In this document: one piece after another, positions 38,200-46,332 of the stretch
Layout of the letters: every line of letters starts with the position of its first letter
How positions within the stretch are numbered: the stretch's first letter is position 1
DNA from: a virus
Lineage: Duplodnaviria; Caudoviricetes
Strand: one strand, 5' to 3'
DNA: 54,037 bases
Virus record (IMG/VR): IMGVR_UViG_3300023297_000011
Span: 1-54,037 of that record
Notes under the pieces: model-generated
Seen by the model: only the letters and a program-made list of their open reading frames with translations
What the model was told of the DNA's origin: nothing
Databases searched by the model: none
Position numbers and translations under genes: made by a program

Positions 38200-38340
38200 T
38201 AAAAAGTTATAATTTAGTAATAATTTAAAATTTAGAGTTATGCCAAGACCAGATGATCCGCCGGGAGGCTTCGAAGAACCAAAAGAAGAATCAGCAACAG
38301 CATCAGAAACAAAAAAAACCAAAAAGGAGAAGAAGAAAAA

Positions 38341-38694
38341 GTGATTAACGCACGAAACATATTTGGGCTAGTTCTAATTGTTCTTTTTGTGATATATGAT
38401 TTGTTTCATATTCACGGGAATAGCTTTTGGGCTAGTTATTATTATGTGACGTGGAATTTAATTGGAATTTATGCATTTAGATATATTTTAAAATCAAGTA
38501 AAGATAAATTATTAAGGGTAATAATGAAGATATTTATGGGGGTAACTGTCTTCGAATTAATTTTAAATACATACTCATTTTTTAATATTGAACGATTTAG
38601 GGAATTGAATCATACAAAAGAATTAGGATGTGCAGTTGTATGTTGCGTAATAATATTTTTAATATACTCACGGCATGAAAGAATGGTTAGATAA
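38341..38694 (+). CDS. multi-TM membrane protein
   Basis: About four hydrophobic segments. Confidence 0.6.
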   Translation: MINARNIFGLVLIVLFVIYDLFHIHGNSFWASYYYVTWNLIGIYAFRYILKSSKDKLLRVIMKIFMGVTVFELILNTYSFFNIERFRELNHTKELGCAVVCCVIIFLIYSRHERMVR

Positions 38695-38947
38695 TACGCC
38701 CGCTTTAAAGTGGCTGTTAAACTTGGTGTCAACTTTATTGGTAGCACTAATAATATTTTGGGCATACGGAATGCGTGGGTCTAAAAAAGAGCTGAACGAT
38801 AAGATTGAAAAAAAAGCAGATGTTTGCTATGTAGATAGTCAGAATACGAAACAGGATAAAAGAATATCCGAAAAGGCTGATAAATCCCTCGTTGAAAGCA
38901 TGGACTCAAAACTTGATTTAATTTTAGACAAGTTACAGAATAAATAA
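38675..38947 (+). CDS. TM plus coiled-coil protein (holin-like)
   Basis: One TM helix; coupled to endolysin. Confidence 0.55.
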   Translation: MKEWLDNTPALKWLLNLVSTLLVALIIFWAYGMRGSKKELNDKIEKKADVCYVDSQNTKQDKRISEKADKSLVESMDSKLDLILDKLQNK

Positions 38948-39372
38948 TGGGCGACCTAAGAGACAGTTTAAGGCACGATTTAAAGAAAGGTGAAGGATTA
39001 CGTCTGTTTCCATACAGATGTACGTCAGGAAAGCTAACAATAGGATACGGAAGGAATTTACAAGAACGTGGGATAACAGAATACGAAGCAGATTACTTGT
39101 TGAGTAATGATATTGACGAATGTATTGAATCCATGAATGTAGTATTAAGCTACTTCTATGATTTGCCGGACAATGTAAAATTAGTTCTTTTGAATATGCG
39201 GTTTAATTTAGGATTAAATGGATTATTGAAATTCAAGAAAACATTATCATTAATCGAAATCGGTAACTACAAAGAAGCCGCTAAGGAAATGCTAAACAGT
39301 AAATGGGCAAAGCAGGTAGGCATAAGGGCAATTGAATTAAGTAAGGTATTGTCAAAAGAATCAGATAAATGA
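38947..39372 (+). CDS. endolysin, GH24 (T4-like) lysozyme
   Basis: EGLRLFPYRCTSGKLTIGYGRNL..NMRFNLG..L.FKK..AAKEMLNSKWAKQVG.RA. Confidence 0.93.
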   Translation: MGDLRDSLRHDLKKGEGLRLFPYRCTSGKLTIGYGRNLQERGITEYEADYLLSNDIDECIESMNVVLSYFYDLPDNVKLVLLNMRFNLGLNGLLKFKKTLSLIEIGNYKEAAKEMLNSKWAKQVGIRAIELSKVLSKESDK

Positions 39373-39622
39373 AGTTTATTACAGATATATTGCGATTATA
39401 CTGGAGGAATAGAAAAATTACCATACCAGCAACAATTGATGCTGCAAGGTGGGTTTATGGTAAAAGATTCTGGTTTAAAAAAAAGTGGAATGCAATCTTT
39501 AAAAAGAAAATTAAACAGCAGTGAAAATTATATTGATAGCACACTATTGCTTAAGTGCAAGAAAAGCATTAACTTTAAGGCAATTAGAAAATTAATTAAT
39601 AATTTATTTAAAAACAAAAATC

Positions 39623-39982
39623 ATGGCAGGAAAAGAAGGAACAGACCAGTTAAAAAAATTAGTTAAAAATGCAGTAGACTATGCACTGCAAGTAAAAAAG
39701 GCAAAATCAGATGATGGTAAAATATCCAAAGCTGAATATCTAGGATTTGTGGATGAGGCAATTTCTACATTAACAATTGTTTCTGGGTTTGGAAAACTAA
39801 AGGCAGAGATACTTGATTTTTCAACAGAAGACGGCAAAGAGTTATTGAACTACACTATCGGGCTTGGTGTAATTGGAGATAAGGCAGAGATTGTTATCAT
39901 AAATGCAGTTGAGGCAGTAGAAACCATGATTGGTGTGTATAATAATAATATAGTGCCAATAATAAACGTATTTAAAGACTAG
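39623..39982 (+). CDS. hypothetical lysis-module protein
   Basis: 119-aa ORF with A-rich leader; DDGKIS motif. Confidence 0.65.
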   Translation: MAGKEGTDQLKKLVKNAVDYALQVKKAKSDDGKISKAEYLGFVDEAISTLTIVSGFGKLKAEILDFSTEDGKELLNYTIGLGVIGDKAEIVIINAVEAVETMIGVYNNNIVPIINVFKD

Positions 39983-40008
39983 GTTTTTGTTTTAGTTTAG
40001 TTTTCATC

Positions 40009-40035
40009 GGGAAGGTTTTTAAACTTTCCCTTTGT
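40009..40035 (+). terminator. terminator at the convergence of late and early operons
   Basis: gggaaggttt/aaactttccc stem plus T-rich tail. Confidence 0.7.
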
Positions 40036-40037
40036 TT

Positions 40038-40337
40038 TTATAGTAGATACTTTTTATAATCCAGCGGCAACCTAAACATTTCATCAACTATATATTTCAT
40101 TTTGGTAAGCTGGACAAATGAAACATTCGATTTCTTATAATTTATTGCTTTCCTATTTCCATTTTTGTAAATTTTAAGTTGCTTGAAATTAGTCGTTCTT
40201 TTTTCATTAAAATGTGGTAGTATAAAAAGATTACCATATTTATCTGCAACTATATTTTTTAATAAAGTATATCTCACATAAATTATTAAATAACTAACAA
40301 TACTTAAATTTTCCTGTATATTCACTATGTCAACCAT
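40038..40337 (-). CDS. hypothetical protein starting inside attC0
   Basis: ORF passes through the attC0 left arm (ENLSIVS). Confidence 0.6.
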   Translation of the reverse strand: MVDIVNIQENLSIVSYLIIYVRYTLLKNIVADKYGNLFILPHFNEKRTTNFKQLKIYKNGNRKAINYKKSNVSFVQLTKMKYIVDEMFRLPLDYKKYLL

Positions 40338-40373
40338 TTTGAGTAATTAAGGGAATTTAGAAAGACGTTAGCA
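40292..40373 (+). repeat. attC-like site 0
   Basis: aactaac..ttaaattttcct...agggaatttag..cgttagc. Confidence 0.55.
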
Positions 40374-40374
40374 A

Positions 40375-40617
40375 TCATATTGCCTTATCATTGTGGTGAT
40401 ATTCACAATTGGGGCAATATCCGTCACATTCGTTCTGTCTGTAATCTTTTCCAGCATGGCAATACGCCACTTCGTTATTGCTAACAAGGTGCATAGAAAA
40501 TAATTTTACTATCCTATATGCAGTATCAGCCCATAGTTCTTTATGCAAAAACTCACCTTGTTCTGCATTTTTACTCATCTCTTCCATTATTATTGTAACC
40601 ATTTCTTCTTTTGTCAT
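40375..40617 (-). CDS. cassette 1 protein (Cys-rich C-terminus; start MTKEEM)
   Basis: Starts inside the attC1 loop; KLFSMHLVS encoded by the attC arm. Confidence 0.7.
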   Translation of the reverse strand: MTKEEMVTIIMEEMSKNAEQGEFLHKELWADTAYRIVKLFSMHLVSNNEVAYCHAGKDYRQNECDGYCPNCEYHHNDKAI

Positions 40618-40677
40618 TGTATTTAATTTTAGTATTTCAATTCCGTAAAATAAAATTCTATGCACAGACCGTTAGCG
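40479..40677 (+). repeat. attC-like site 1
   Basis: tgctaac..gtgcatagaa...ttctatgcac..cgttagc. Confidence 0.8.
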
Positions 40678-40914
40678 AGCATACTTGAAGAATATATCAC
40701 CATAACATTTTTTACATACCGTGCCATGTTTCTTTTTGTGGTGTAATGAAGCAGTATTAGCGCAAGTACATTCGCTAACAAAGTCTATATTTAAAAGTTT
40801 AACTACCCTCTTAGCACCATCTATAAATGCTTTTTCTATTTGGTAGCTATTCCTTTCAATTTTGTTTTCTTCAATATACTGCTCTGCTTCTTTCTTAATT
40901 CTTTTAATATTCAT
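40672..40914 (-). CDS. cassette 2 protein (zinc-finger-like C-terminus; start MNIKRI)
   Basis: Stop codon is the TAA of the GTTA crossover; KLLNIDFVS from the arm. Confidence 0.7.
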   Translation of the reverse strand: MNIKRIKKEAEQYIEENKIERNSYQIEKAFIDGAKRVVKLLNIDFVSECTCANTASLHHKKKHGTVCKKCYGDIFFKYAR

Positions 40915-40965
40915 TGTCTTATCATTTAATCCGTTAAACTTCAAAACATAGACAGAACGTTACAT
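40773..40965 (+). repeat. attC-like site 2
   Basis: cgctaac..gtctatatttaaaagtttaac...gttaaacttcaaaacatagac..cgttaca. Confidence 0.8.
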
Positions 40966-41006
40966 GCAATTTAATATTTAATAATTGCCTGCGCACTTTT
41001 GCTTTT

Positions 41007-41717
41007 TCAAAGCAATTTATATTTAAAAAGCTTTTCCCTATTAACCTTTTTTACATTGCCATTAGCTACGTTTAGCCCATTCCTTAAGTCTCCTTCCCAA
41101 ACACATTCAAAATCATCAGGTGCGTTATATTCGCTCACAAAAACTTTATGTCCTCTATCGCTCATTTCTCTACACCATTCCCAAAAGTCAGCATGGTCAA
41201 AATCATTTTTATATTTAGTCGTCCCTTCATATGGTGGGTCGCAATAAATTAAAGCTTTGTCTGTATTTAATGGCAATTCTCGATAACTGTAGTTTAACAA
41301 CTTAACATCTTTTATTTTATCACTTTGCTTTAATGCGTTCCTATACGCTTCGTTTATATAATCTCTTTTGCCCATCTTATCTCTTCTCCACCCACCTAAC
41401 CATTTTCCACCATAACTAAATGCAAATCCAGCATATCCTTTATGTTTATAATCGTCACTTTTTCTTAATCCTTTATATTCAGCTTCGGTAAATTCTGTTT
41501 TGTCTTTAGGTAGCTCATTTACACAATCTCTAATCGTAATTAAAGCATCAATAATATGCGGGTTTATATCTGCACCTATCCTTTTACCTTCTACTTTATC
41601 AATCATATTTCCACCGCCTACCATTGGCTCAACCCAAGTCATTTCAGGTGCTCTATGTTCAAGCATTATAGGCAGTATATACTTTGCAATCCTATTCTTA
41701 CTTCCCATATATTTCAT
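41007..41717 (-). CDS. DNA adenine methyltransferase (Dam/D12 class), cassette 3
   Basis: MKYMGSKNRIA, EPMVGGGN (motif I), IYCDPPY (motif IV), VFVSEY. Confidence 0.92.
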   Translation of the reverse strand: MKYMGSKNRIAKYILPIMLEHRAPEMTWVEPMVGGGNMIDKVEGKRIGADINPHIIDALITIRDCVNELPKDKTEFTEAEYKGLRKSDDYKHKGYAGFAFSYGGKWLGGWRRDKMGKRDYINEAYRNALKQSDKIKDVKLLNYSYRELPLNTDKALIYCDPPYEGTTKYKNDFDHADFWEWCREMSDRGHKVFVSEYNAPDDFECVWEGDLRNGLNVANGNVKKVNREKLFKYKLL

Positions 41718-41805
41718 AAAAAACCCTCCCTATTTTTAATTTTTTAGTTACGTTCATTTAATTATCTTTTGTGCTTATTGTCGCTACGTTTCATACAACC
41801 ATACG

Positions 41806-42045
41806 TTATAAACAACATTGCTCACAATAAATGCAATTAACTTCCTCTTGTGGTGTATTGTCGCCTATAAGTATTTTCCCTGTCCCTGCACAGTGTTCGC
41901 AATGCAGATTTATAACACAAGGTATATTTAATGCTTGCATTATCTTTTCATAACAGTCTGTCAAATTGCAGTTGCTCTGTTGTAATCCTTTTTCGTAAAC
42001 TTCAAACAATATATTTTCAATAATCTTTCTCTCAGGTCTTTTCAT
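41806..42045 (-). CDS. cassette 4 protein (CxxCxGxG..CxxC zinc finger)
   Basis: Stop in GTTA crossover; LNIPCVI from the arm. Confidence 0.7.
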   Translation of the reverse strand: MKRPERKIIENILFEVYEKGLQQSNCNLTDCYEKIMQALNIPCVINLHCEHCAGTGKILIGDNTPQEEVNCIYCEQCCL

Positions 42046-42097
42046 TTAATCAAATTTTTTCGGTTAATTGCCACTATTCTTACACGAGCCGTTATAG
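41910..42097 (+). repeat. attC-like site 4 (inner arms poorly matched)
   Basis: ttataac..ggtatatttaa ... ttcttacacgagccgttatag. Confidence 0.6.
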
Positions 42098-42433
42098 CAA
42101 ATGGAAGCTATCACTTAGTGCATTTGTTTCCTTTAGTTTTTCAAACAACGTCTCTGCAATTTCTACTCTTTGATAATGTTCCGCACAAGTTAGCGAAGCC
42201 GCAGCACCTATCATAAAGTGCTTAATGCGTTCAGCTTTTCCACTTGCAATAACATTTTGTAAATTGCAGTTGCTATCGCTTTTTTCAGTACCGTTCACTT
42301 GCTCCTGCTCTCTTAGGAAAAGCTCAGCTTTATTCTCAACTCTTATTCTAATGTTGTGGTCATAATCATTTTCAACCATCCACATATAAAAGTCAGTTAT
42401 TAATTTACGTTCTTTTTTGAAAGGACTTTTCAT
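42092..42433 (-). CDS. cassette 5 protein
   Basis: Stop in GTTA crossover; CNLQNVI from the arm. Confidence 0.7.
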   Translation of the reverse strand: MKSPFKKERKLITDFYMWMVENDYDHNIRIRVENKAELFLREQEQVNGTEKSDSNCNLQNVIASGKAERIKHFMIGAAASLTCAEHYQRVEIAETLFEKLKETNALSDSFHLL

Positions 42434-42523
42434 GATTTCGTTTTCTATTTTGGTTATTCAACTTTATTTGTTCTAATCAAATTCATCGGTTAATTAGCAA
42501 CGCAACATACGCCAACGTTACCA
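42247..42523 (+). repeat. attC-like site 5
   Basis: caataac..tgcagttgcta...tagcaacgca..cgttacc. Confidence 0.7.
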
Positions 42524-42533
42524 CATCAGTTTA

Positions 42534-42827
42534 CTACAGGTACTGCCTACATACACCACATTGCAGTCTATTATTGTAACTTAACCGCCTTTGCGAGTGT
42601 GGGTGCTTGCAAACCGTCACTTCGCTATGGGTAACACGTTGTATATTCAAGCTGCTTGCGCTCTCAGGAGAACCCTTCTCCGCCCACTCTTTTATAATAA
42701 CATCTTTTGCGTCTGACAGTATTCTAATATCATCTAATACCGAACACACTTCTTCGAATAATTCACAGCCTATTTTATCTTCGAGCATAGTCTGTATTGT
42801 TTCTACTCTTAAATTAATTCCCATCAC
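42534..42827 (-). CDS. cassette 6 protein (CxH..CxxC C-terminus)
   Basis: LNIQRVT from the arm. Confidence 0.7.
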   Translation of the reverse strand: MMGINLRVETIQTMLEDKIGCELFEEVCSVLDDIRILSDAKDVIIKEWAEKGSPESASSLNIQRVTHSEVTVCKHPHSQRRLSYNNRLQCGVCRQYL

Positions 42828-42905
42828 ACTTGTATTTGATTTATATTCTCGTTTCTAATTTATCGGTAATCCATCAGCGGTCAAAACAAACACAGGTCGT
42901 TGGAG
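42629..42905 (+). repeat. attC-like site 6
   Basis: gggtaac..tgtatattcaagctgc...gcggtcaaaacaaaca..cgttgga. Confidence 0.6.
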
Positions 42906-42927
42906 CTAATTGCGCTCGCATCATAAA

Positions 42928-43170
42928 TCATTTTGGCTCCTTTTGAAGTCCGCATATATCACAACTACCATTCGGTGCGTAAGCCGCCAATATTCCACAT
43001 CTACAAAATGATTTACTGGCTCCCTTTTCGGTATTTACATTATAAACCTTTTTTAGCTTCGCCTCTAATTCTTTTACTCTTTTTTGTAGGCTATCAAATT
43101 CATCAGAAGTTGAGCCAGTATCAAAATACTTATTACCAATTTTTCCAAATAATCTACCGTGATATTCCAT
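42928..43170 (-). CDS. cassette 7 second protein (coiled coil plus Cys motif)
   Basis: ORF track; lies in the cassette body. Confidence 0.7.
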   Translation of the reverse strand: MEYHGRLFGKIGNKYFDTGSTSDEFDSLQKRVKELEAKLKKVYNVNTEKGASKSFCRCGILAAYAPNGSCDICGLQKEPK

Positions 43171-43188
43171 TGTATTAGTTTAAAAAGT

Positions 43189-43356
43189 TTATAATTCCCA
43201 ATCCCGACAATTAGCTCCAGGTATATTTAAAATTTTTAACTGCTGTTTTAAACTTTCATTTTCTTTGTATAAATTGGAGCAAAACTTCTTTAGATTTTCT
43301 ATTTGCTCATCTTTTGTTAGTGGTTTATTACCTCCGCCTGTTGTTACTTGTACCAT
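43189..43356 (-). CDS. cassette 7 first protein, 55 aa (not in ORF track)
   Basis: MVQVTTGGGNKPLTKDEQIENLKK...KILNIPGANCRDWEL*; starts in the attC7 loop. Confidence 0.6.
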   Translation of the reverse strand: MVQVTTGGGNKPLTKDEQIENLKKFCSNLYKENESLKQQLKILNIPGANCRDWEL

Positions 43357-43411
43357 AATATTCGTTCATTTAATCCGTTAAAAATTCAAAACATACCTGC
43401 GGCCGTTACAA
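43208..43411 (+). repeat. attC-like site 7 with deleted R'' AAC
   Basis: caattagctcca-ggtatatttaaaatttttaac...gttaaaaattcaaaacatacc..cgttaca. Confidence 0.7.
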
Positions 43412-43417
43412 CCCATA

Positions 43418-43789
43418 CTAATCAGCTTTTATCATAGATTCATGGAAGTGGGTTGACCAGTCATTTGTGCCGCATAAATAATATTTAGGATCTTCGTGGT
43501 AATCTTCAACTTCTGCTTTTTGCCAAACACAACCCACTAGTACTCTTACTTTTTGACCTTTTGTAAAAGTACGGGTTGTAACACGTGCTATATTCAAGCT
43601 ACCGCTTTCTTCATCATTGGGCTTGCTTTCACACGTTCTCAATAACTTTATTTCTTCCATTATTTGCATCATTTCTAAATTTGCAGCATTCTGAATTGAT
43701 ATACTGCTTCCATGTGAATAATTATAAGAAGCAGTATTTAATTTTTGCTGTAATTCATTTAATATACTTTCCCTCTCTTCGTTTTCCAT
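43418..43789 (-). CDS. cassette 8 protein (SH3/KOW-like C-terminus)
   Basis: LNIARVT from the arm; FTKGQKVRV. Confidence 0.7.
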   Translation of the reverse strand: MENEERESILNELQQKLNTASYNYSHGSSISIQNAANLEMMQIMEEIKLLRTCESKPNDEESGSLNIARVTTRTFTKGQKVRVLVGCVWQKAEVEDYHEDPKYYLCGTNDWSTHFHESMIKAD

Positions 43790-43860
43790 TGTATTTTATT
43801 CTAATAAATTTATGTATAAGTTTTGATTAGTAGTCTGAACATAGCACAACACCGTTATGG
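43576..43860 (+). repeat. attC-like site 8
   Basis: ttgtaac.cgtgctatattcaagct...agtctgaacatagcac..cgttatg. Confidence 0.8.
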
Positions 43861-44163
43861 CTAATTGCCAATAACCTTTTTCAGCATATAGTGCTTAACC
43901 CATTTTACTCCTGCTCTTACTCCTTCTGGCATCCATACACCTTCTGCTATAGATGACATAGAATTATCATAACTACTTGCTTCTGCTTCAATTTCCTTAT
44001 CAGAAGGCAACATAGCCATAACATCAGCTATATTTAAAAGTTTAACTGTCACCCTTACAGCTTCTTCTACTAATCTCAAATCTTTTCCTATAAGTTCATT
44101 CCCTGCATTTATGAACTCAGTTTTTACATTATTTTCTAATTGTTTTAATTCTGATTTTCTCAT
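43861..44163 (-). CDS. cassette 9 protein
   Basis: KLLNIADVM from the arm; LPSDKEIEAEA..GVKW. Confidence 0.7.
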   Translation of the reverse strand: MRKSELKQLENNVKTEFINAGNELIGKDLRLVEEAVRVTVKLLNIADVMAMLPSDKEIEAEASSYDNSMSSIAEGVWMPEGVRAGVKWVKHYMLKKVIGN

Positions 44164-44215
44164 AATATTGTAGTTATTAATCCGTTAAACTTCAAAACAT
44201 ACCTAAACGTTAGGC
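44016..44215 (+). repeat. attC-like site 9
   Basis: ccataac..gctatatttaaaagtttaac...gttaaacttcaaaacatacc..cgttagg. Confidence 0.8.
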
Positions 44216-44226
44216 ACAATATTTTA

Positions 44227-45093
44227 TTAATTTTGCCCTCGCTCTTTGGTTTTTTCAAAACCATTTAGAAAAATATCATCGTCAAACTGTTTTAATCTTT
44301 CGTGTGTTATTTCACAATATTCAGCACTTAATTCACTACCAATCCACTTTCGTTTGTTTAGTATAGCCATTTTAGCAGTCGTTCCACTACCCATAAAACA
44401 ATCATAAACTAAATTTCCCTCATTGCTCCAACTTATTATATGGTCGTTTGCAAGTTGTTCAGGAAATATTGCAGGGTGTTTAAATGCAATCTTGTCTTTT
44501 GTGCTATTTTGGTTTCCTCTTGGCAATTCCCAAACATTACTCTTTACTCTTGTGTTGTCTTTTCTTGCTCGTTCCTTTCTTGTAAATCCATTTGTATTGT
44601 CAATTCTTTTTAAGCTGCCATCAACTTGTCTTTCTCCACCAACACCAGTTTTATTTTTTTGTCTTTTTAATGTTCCTTCTGTCTTAGGTTGTCTTAATAA
44701 ATTTACGGTTTTTGGTTTTCCTTTGCTAAACACAAACATATATTCAAAATCTTGGTAATATCTAACAACATCAGGGAAAGCACAAGTTCTTTTATAAATC
44801 ATTGTATCGTGCAAATTAAATCCTGCATCTTCTACAAACAATATTGCAGTTTTAAAACTTGTTAGGCTTTCACAATAGTTTTTAGTCTTATCATTTACAA
44901 CCCAAACAACAATTCCACCTTCTTTTGTAACTCTATAAAGTTCTTTTGCTATTTCTTTTAATGGTAGCGTAAACCCTTTGTATGTTCTGACATCGTCATA
45001 CGGTGGAGATGTTACTGTCAAATCAACAAAATTATCAGGCATTTTTGCCATCGTTTGTAAATTACTCTCGTTATATAAATAATTTGTTTTCAT
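44227..45093 (-). CDS. N4-cytosine/N6-adenine DNA methyltransferase (beta class), cassette 10
   Basis: VTSPPY (motif IV) before HPAIFP..VYDCFMGSGTT (motif I). Confidence 0.93.
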   Translation of the reverse strand: MKTNYLYNESNLQTMAKMPDNFVDLTVTSPPYDDVRTYKGFTLPLKEIAKELYRVTKEGGIVVWVVNDKTKNYCESLTSFKTAILFVEDAGFNLHDTMIYKRTCAFPDVVRYYQDFEYMFVFSKGKPKTVNLLRQPKTEGTLKRQKNKTGVGGERQVDGSLKRIDNTNGFTRKERARKDNTRVKSNVWELPRGNQNSTKDKIAFKHPAIFPEQLANDHIISWSNEGNLVYDCFMGSGTTAKMAILNKRKWIGSELSAEYCEITHERLKQFDDDIFLNGFEKTKERGQN

Positions 45094-45142
45094 ATAATTA
45101 AAATTTAAAAAATTCCTCCCTAAAAAATTAAAAAATACAGAT

Positions 45143-45206
45143 GCCTAACACTGCGTCATACGTAAGTTTGTGAAAAACAAACCAACGCATACACTTCACG
45201 TTATAA
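45143..45206 (+). repeat. attC-like site 10 (compact, 64 bp)
   Basis: gcctaac..cgtaagtttg-tgaaaaa-caaaccaacg..cgttata. Confidence 0.75.
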
Positions 45207-45530
45207 ACAAGGTGGCTTAATTCCTGCCCAATGTGTAATACCTAGTCTTTGTTTACCGTAGGGCTCATCCCACCAACATTTTTTTGCATAGTAGCATATC
45301 CTAGGTTCTTTATTATATCCGTAACAATAGTATGGTTTGTTTTTTGGTGGTGTCTCATCTTTGTCCGCCACCCAGTTAATAACAACAGGTAAATTTAATT
45401 TTTCAACCTCACTTATGTGGTATATATTGGCAAATGCTATTAAGTCGAAGTATGTATATATTCTTCGCTCTTTTGGTAATTTACTGCTAGTTAAAAACTC
45501 TTGCTCATTAAAGAAATCTTTTGCTTCCAT
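45201..45530 (-). CDS. cassette 11 protein (DUF551-like C-terminus; start MEAKDF)
   Basis: WV...PP...ITHW..I..P; stop in GTTA crossover; KLNLPVVI from the arm. Confidence 0.7.
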   Translation of the reverse strand: MEAKDFFNEQEFLTSSKLPKERRIYTYFDLIAFANIYHISEVEKLNLPVVINWVADKDETPPKNKPYYCYGYNKEPRICYYAKKCWWDEPYGKQRLGITHWAGIKPPCL

Positions 45531-45582
45531 ATTGTAGTTATTAAATCGGTTAAAAATCAAAACTTACCAAAGTGCGTTGTGA
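45377..45582 (+). repeat. attC-like site 11
   Basis: taataac..ggtaaatttaatttttcaacc...ggttaaaaatcaaaacttacc..cgttgtg. Confidence 0.75.
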
Positions 45583-45657
45583 ATCAATTACCTCAGCTAC
45601 GCCAAAAGGCTTGCTAATTAATATCTATCTTACTAACCTCCATTTTTAAAACGTTTT

Positions 45658-46332
45658 TTATCTTCTAAAGCTTTCGCCTTTGAACTCAATAAAGTTGAAC
45701 ATCTCATTAAATCTATCAAGTAAAGCATTGTCAAAACATTTCAATTCTGAAGGATGAAAATTACTGGTAGCATGAGTAATGACTTTTTTCTCCTGGAACA
45801 TCTCATATCTCACCATTATCATTGAGTTAACTACATTTTGAATATTAGTACCGTAGTACTTTTCATCAAGTTCTTTTCCGAATTCGTTTATACATAAATG
45901 GAAAGGCTTTTTGTCTTCTTTATTCCTTCCGTATTTAGCCAAGTTGCCGTTATCTTTATAATGTTCTGCCAGTTTTTCAATAGATGTTATTCCGTACCCA
46001 TTTGGGCTAAATGGAAAGCATCTTGCTAAAAACTTACTAAATATTTGCATTGTAATAGTTTTTCCTACCCCGTACACCCCGTAAAGGTATATTCCTTTAT
46101 TTAAATCCAATACGTGTTCATTCCCGGTGAAATACATAAACAGATTATTGAAAATAGCTTTTAAATCTTTTGTCAATTCAAAATCATTCACAAGGTTATT
46201 TGCAATTTCCAAAGTTTTTTGTTTTAAACTAATAGATGTTACTGGATCAGGTTTCCAAATTTGGCTTTGCATAAATGTCAACTGTTTTGAAATCTGGTTT
46301 TTGTCCTGTATTATCTCCGATATTTTTTTCAT
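45658..46332 (-). CDS. DnaC/IstB-like ATPase (helicase loader)
   Basis: GIYLYGVYGVGKT, LCINEFG, THATSNF, LDRFNEMF..FKGESFR. Confidence 0.8.
   Translation of the reverse strand: MKKISEIIQDKNQISKQLTFMQSQIWKPDPVTSISLKQKTLEIANNLVNDFELTKDLKAIFNNLFMYFTGNEHVLDLNKGIYLYGVYGVGKTITMQIFSKFLARCFPFSPNGYGITSIEKLAEHYKDNGNLAKYGRNKEDKKPFHLCINEFGKELDEKYYGTNIQNVVNSMIMVRYEMFQEKKVITHATSNFHPSELKCFDNALLDRFNEMFNFIEFKGESFRR

Larger units (their letters stand above)
40292..45582 (+). mobile_element. integron-like gene cassette array (12 attC-like sites, about 11 cassettes, no integrase; CALIN-like)
   Basis: Right ends C-GTT at G positions 40367, 40671, 40959, 41805, 42091, 42517, 42899, 43405, 43854, 44209, 45200, 45576. 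Left ends TAAC-A ending at 40298, 40485, 40779, 41916, 42253, 42635, 43582, 44022, 45149, 45383. Arms are inverted repeats, and each cassette's first bases are complementary to its own R'' end. Confidence 0.85.

Noticed and set aside
40292-45582. Repeats as CRISPR repeats, REP elements or simple terminators
   Set aside because: Spacing is gene-sized, arms enclose coding sequence, there are no U-tails, and the cassette-specific R'/R'' complementarity is specific to integron cassettes
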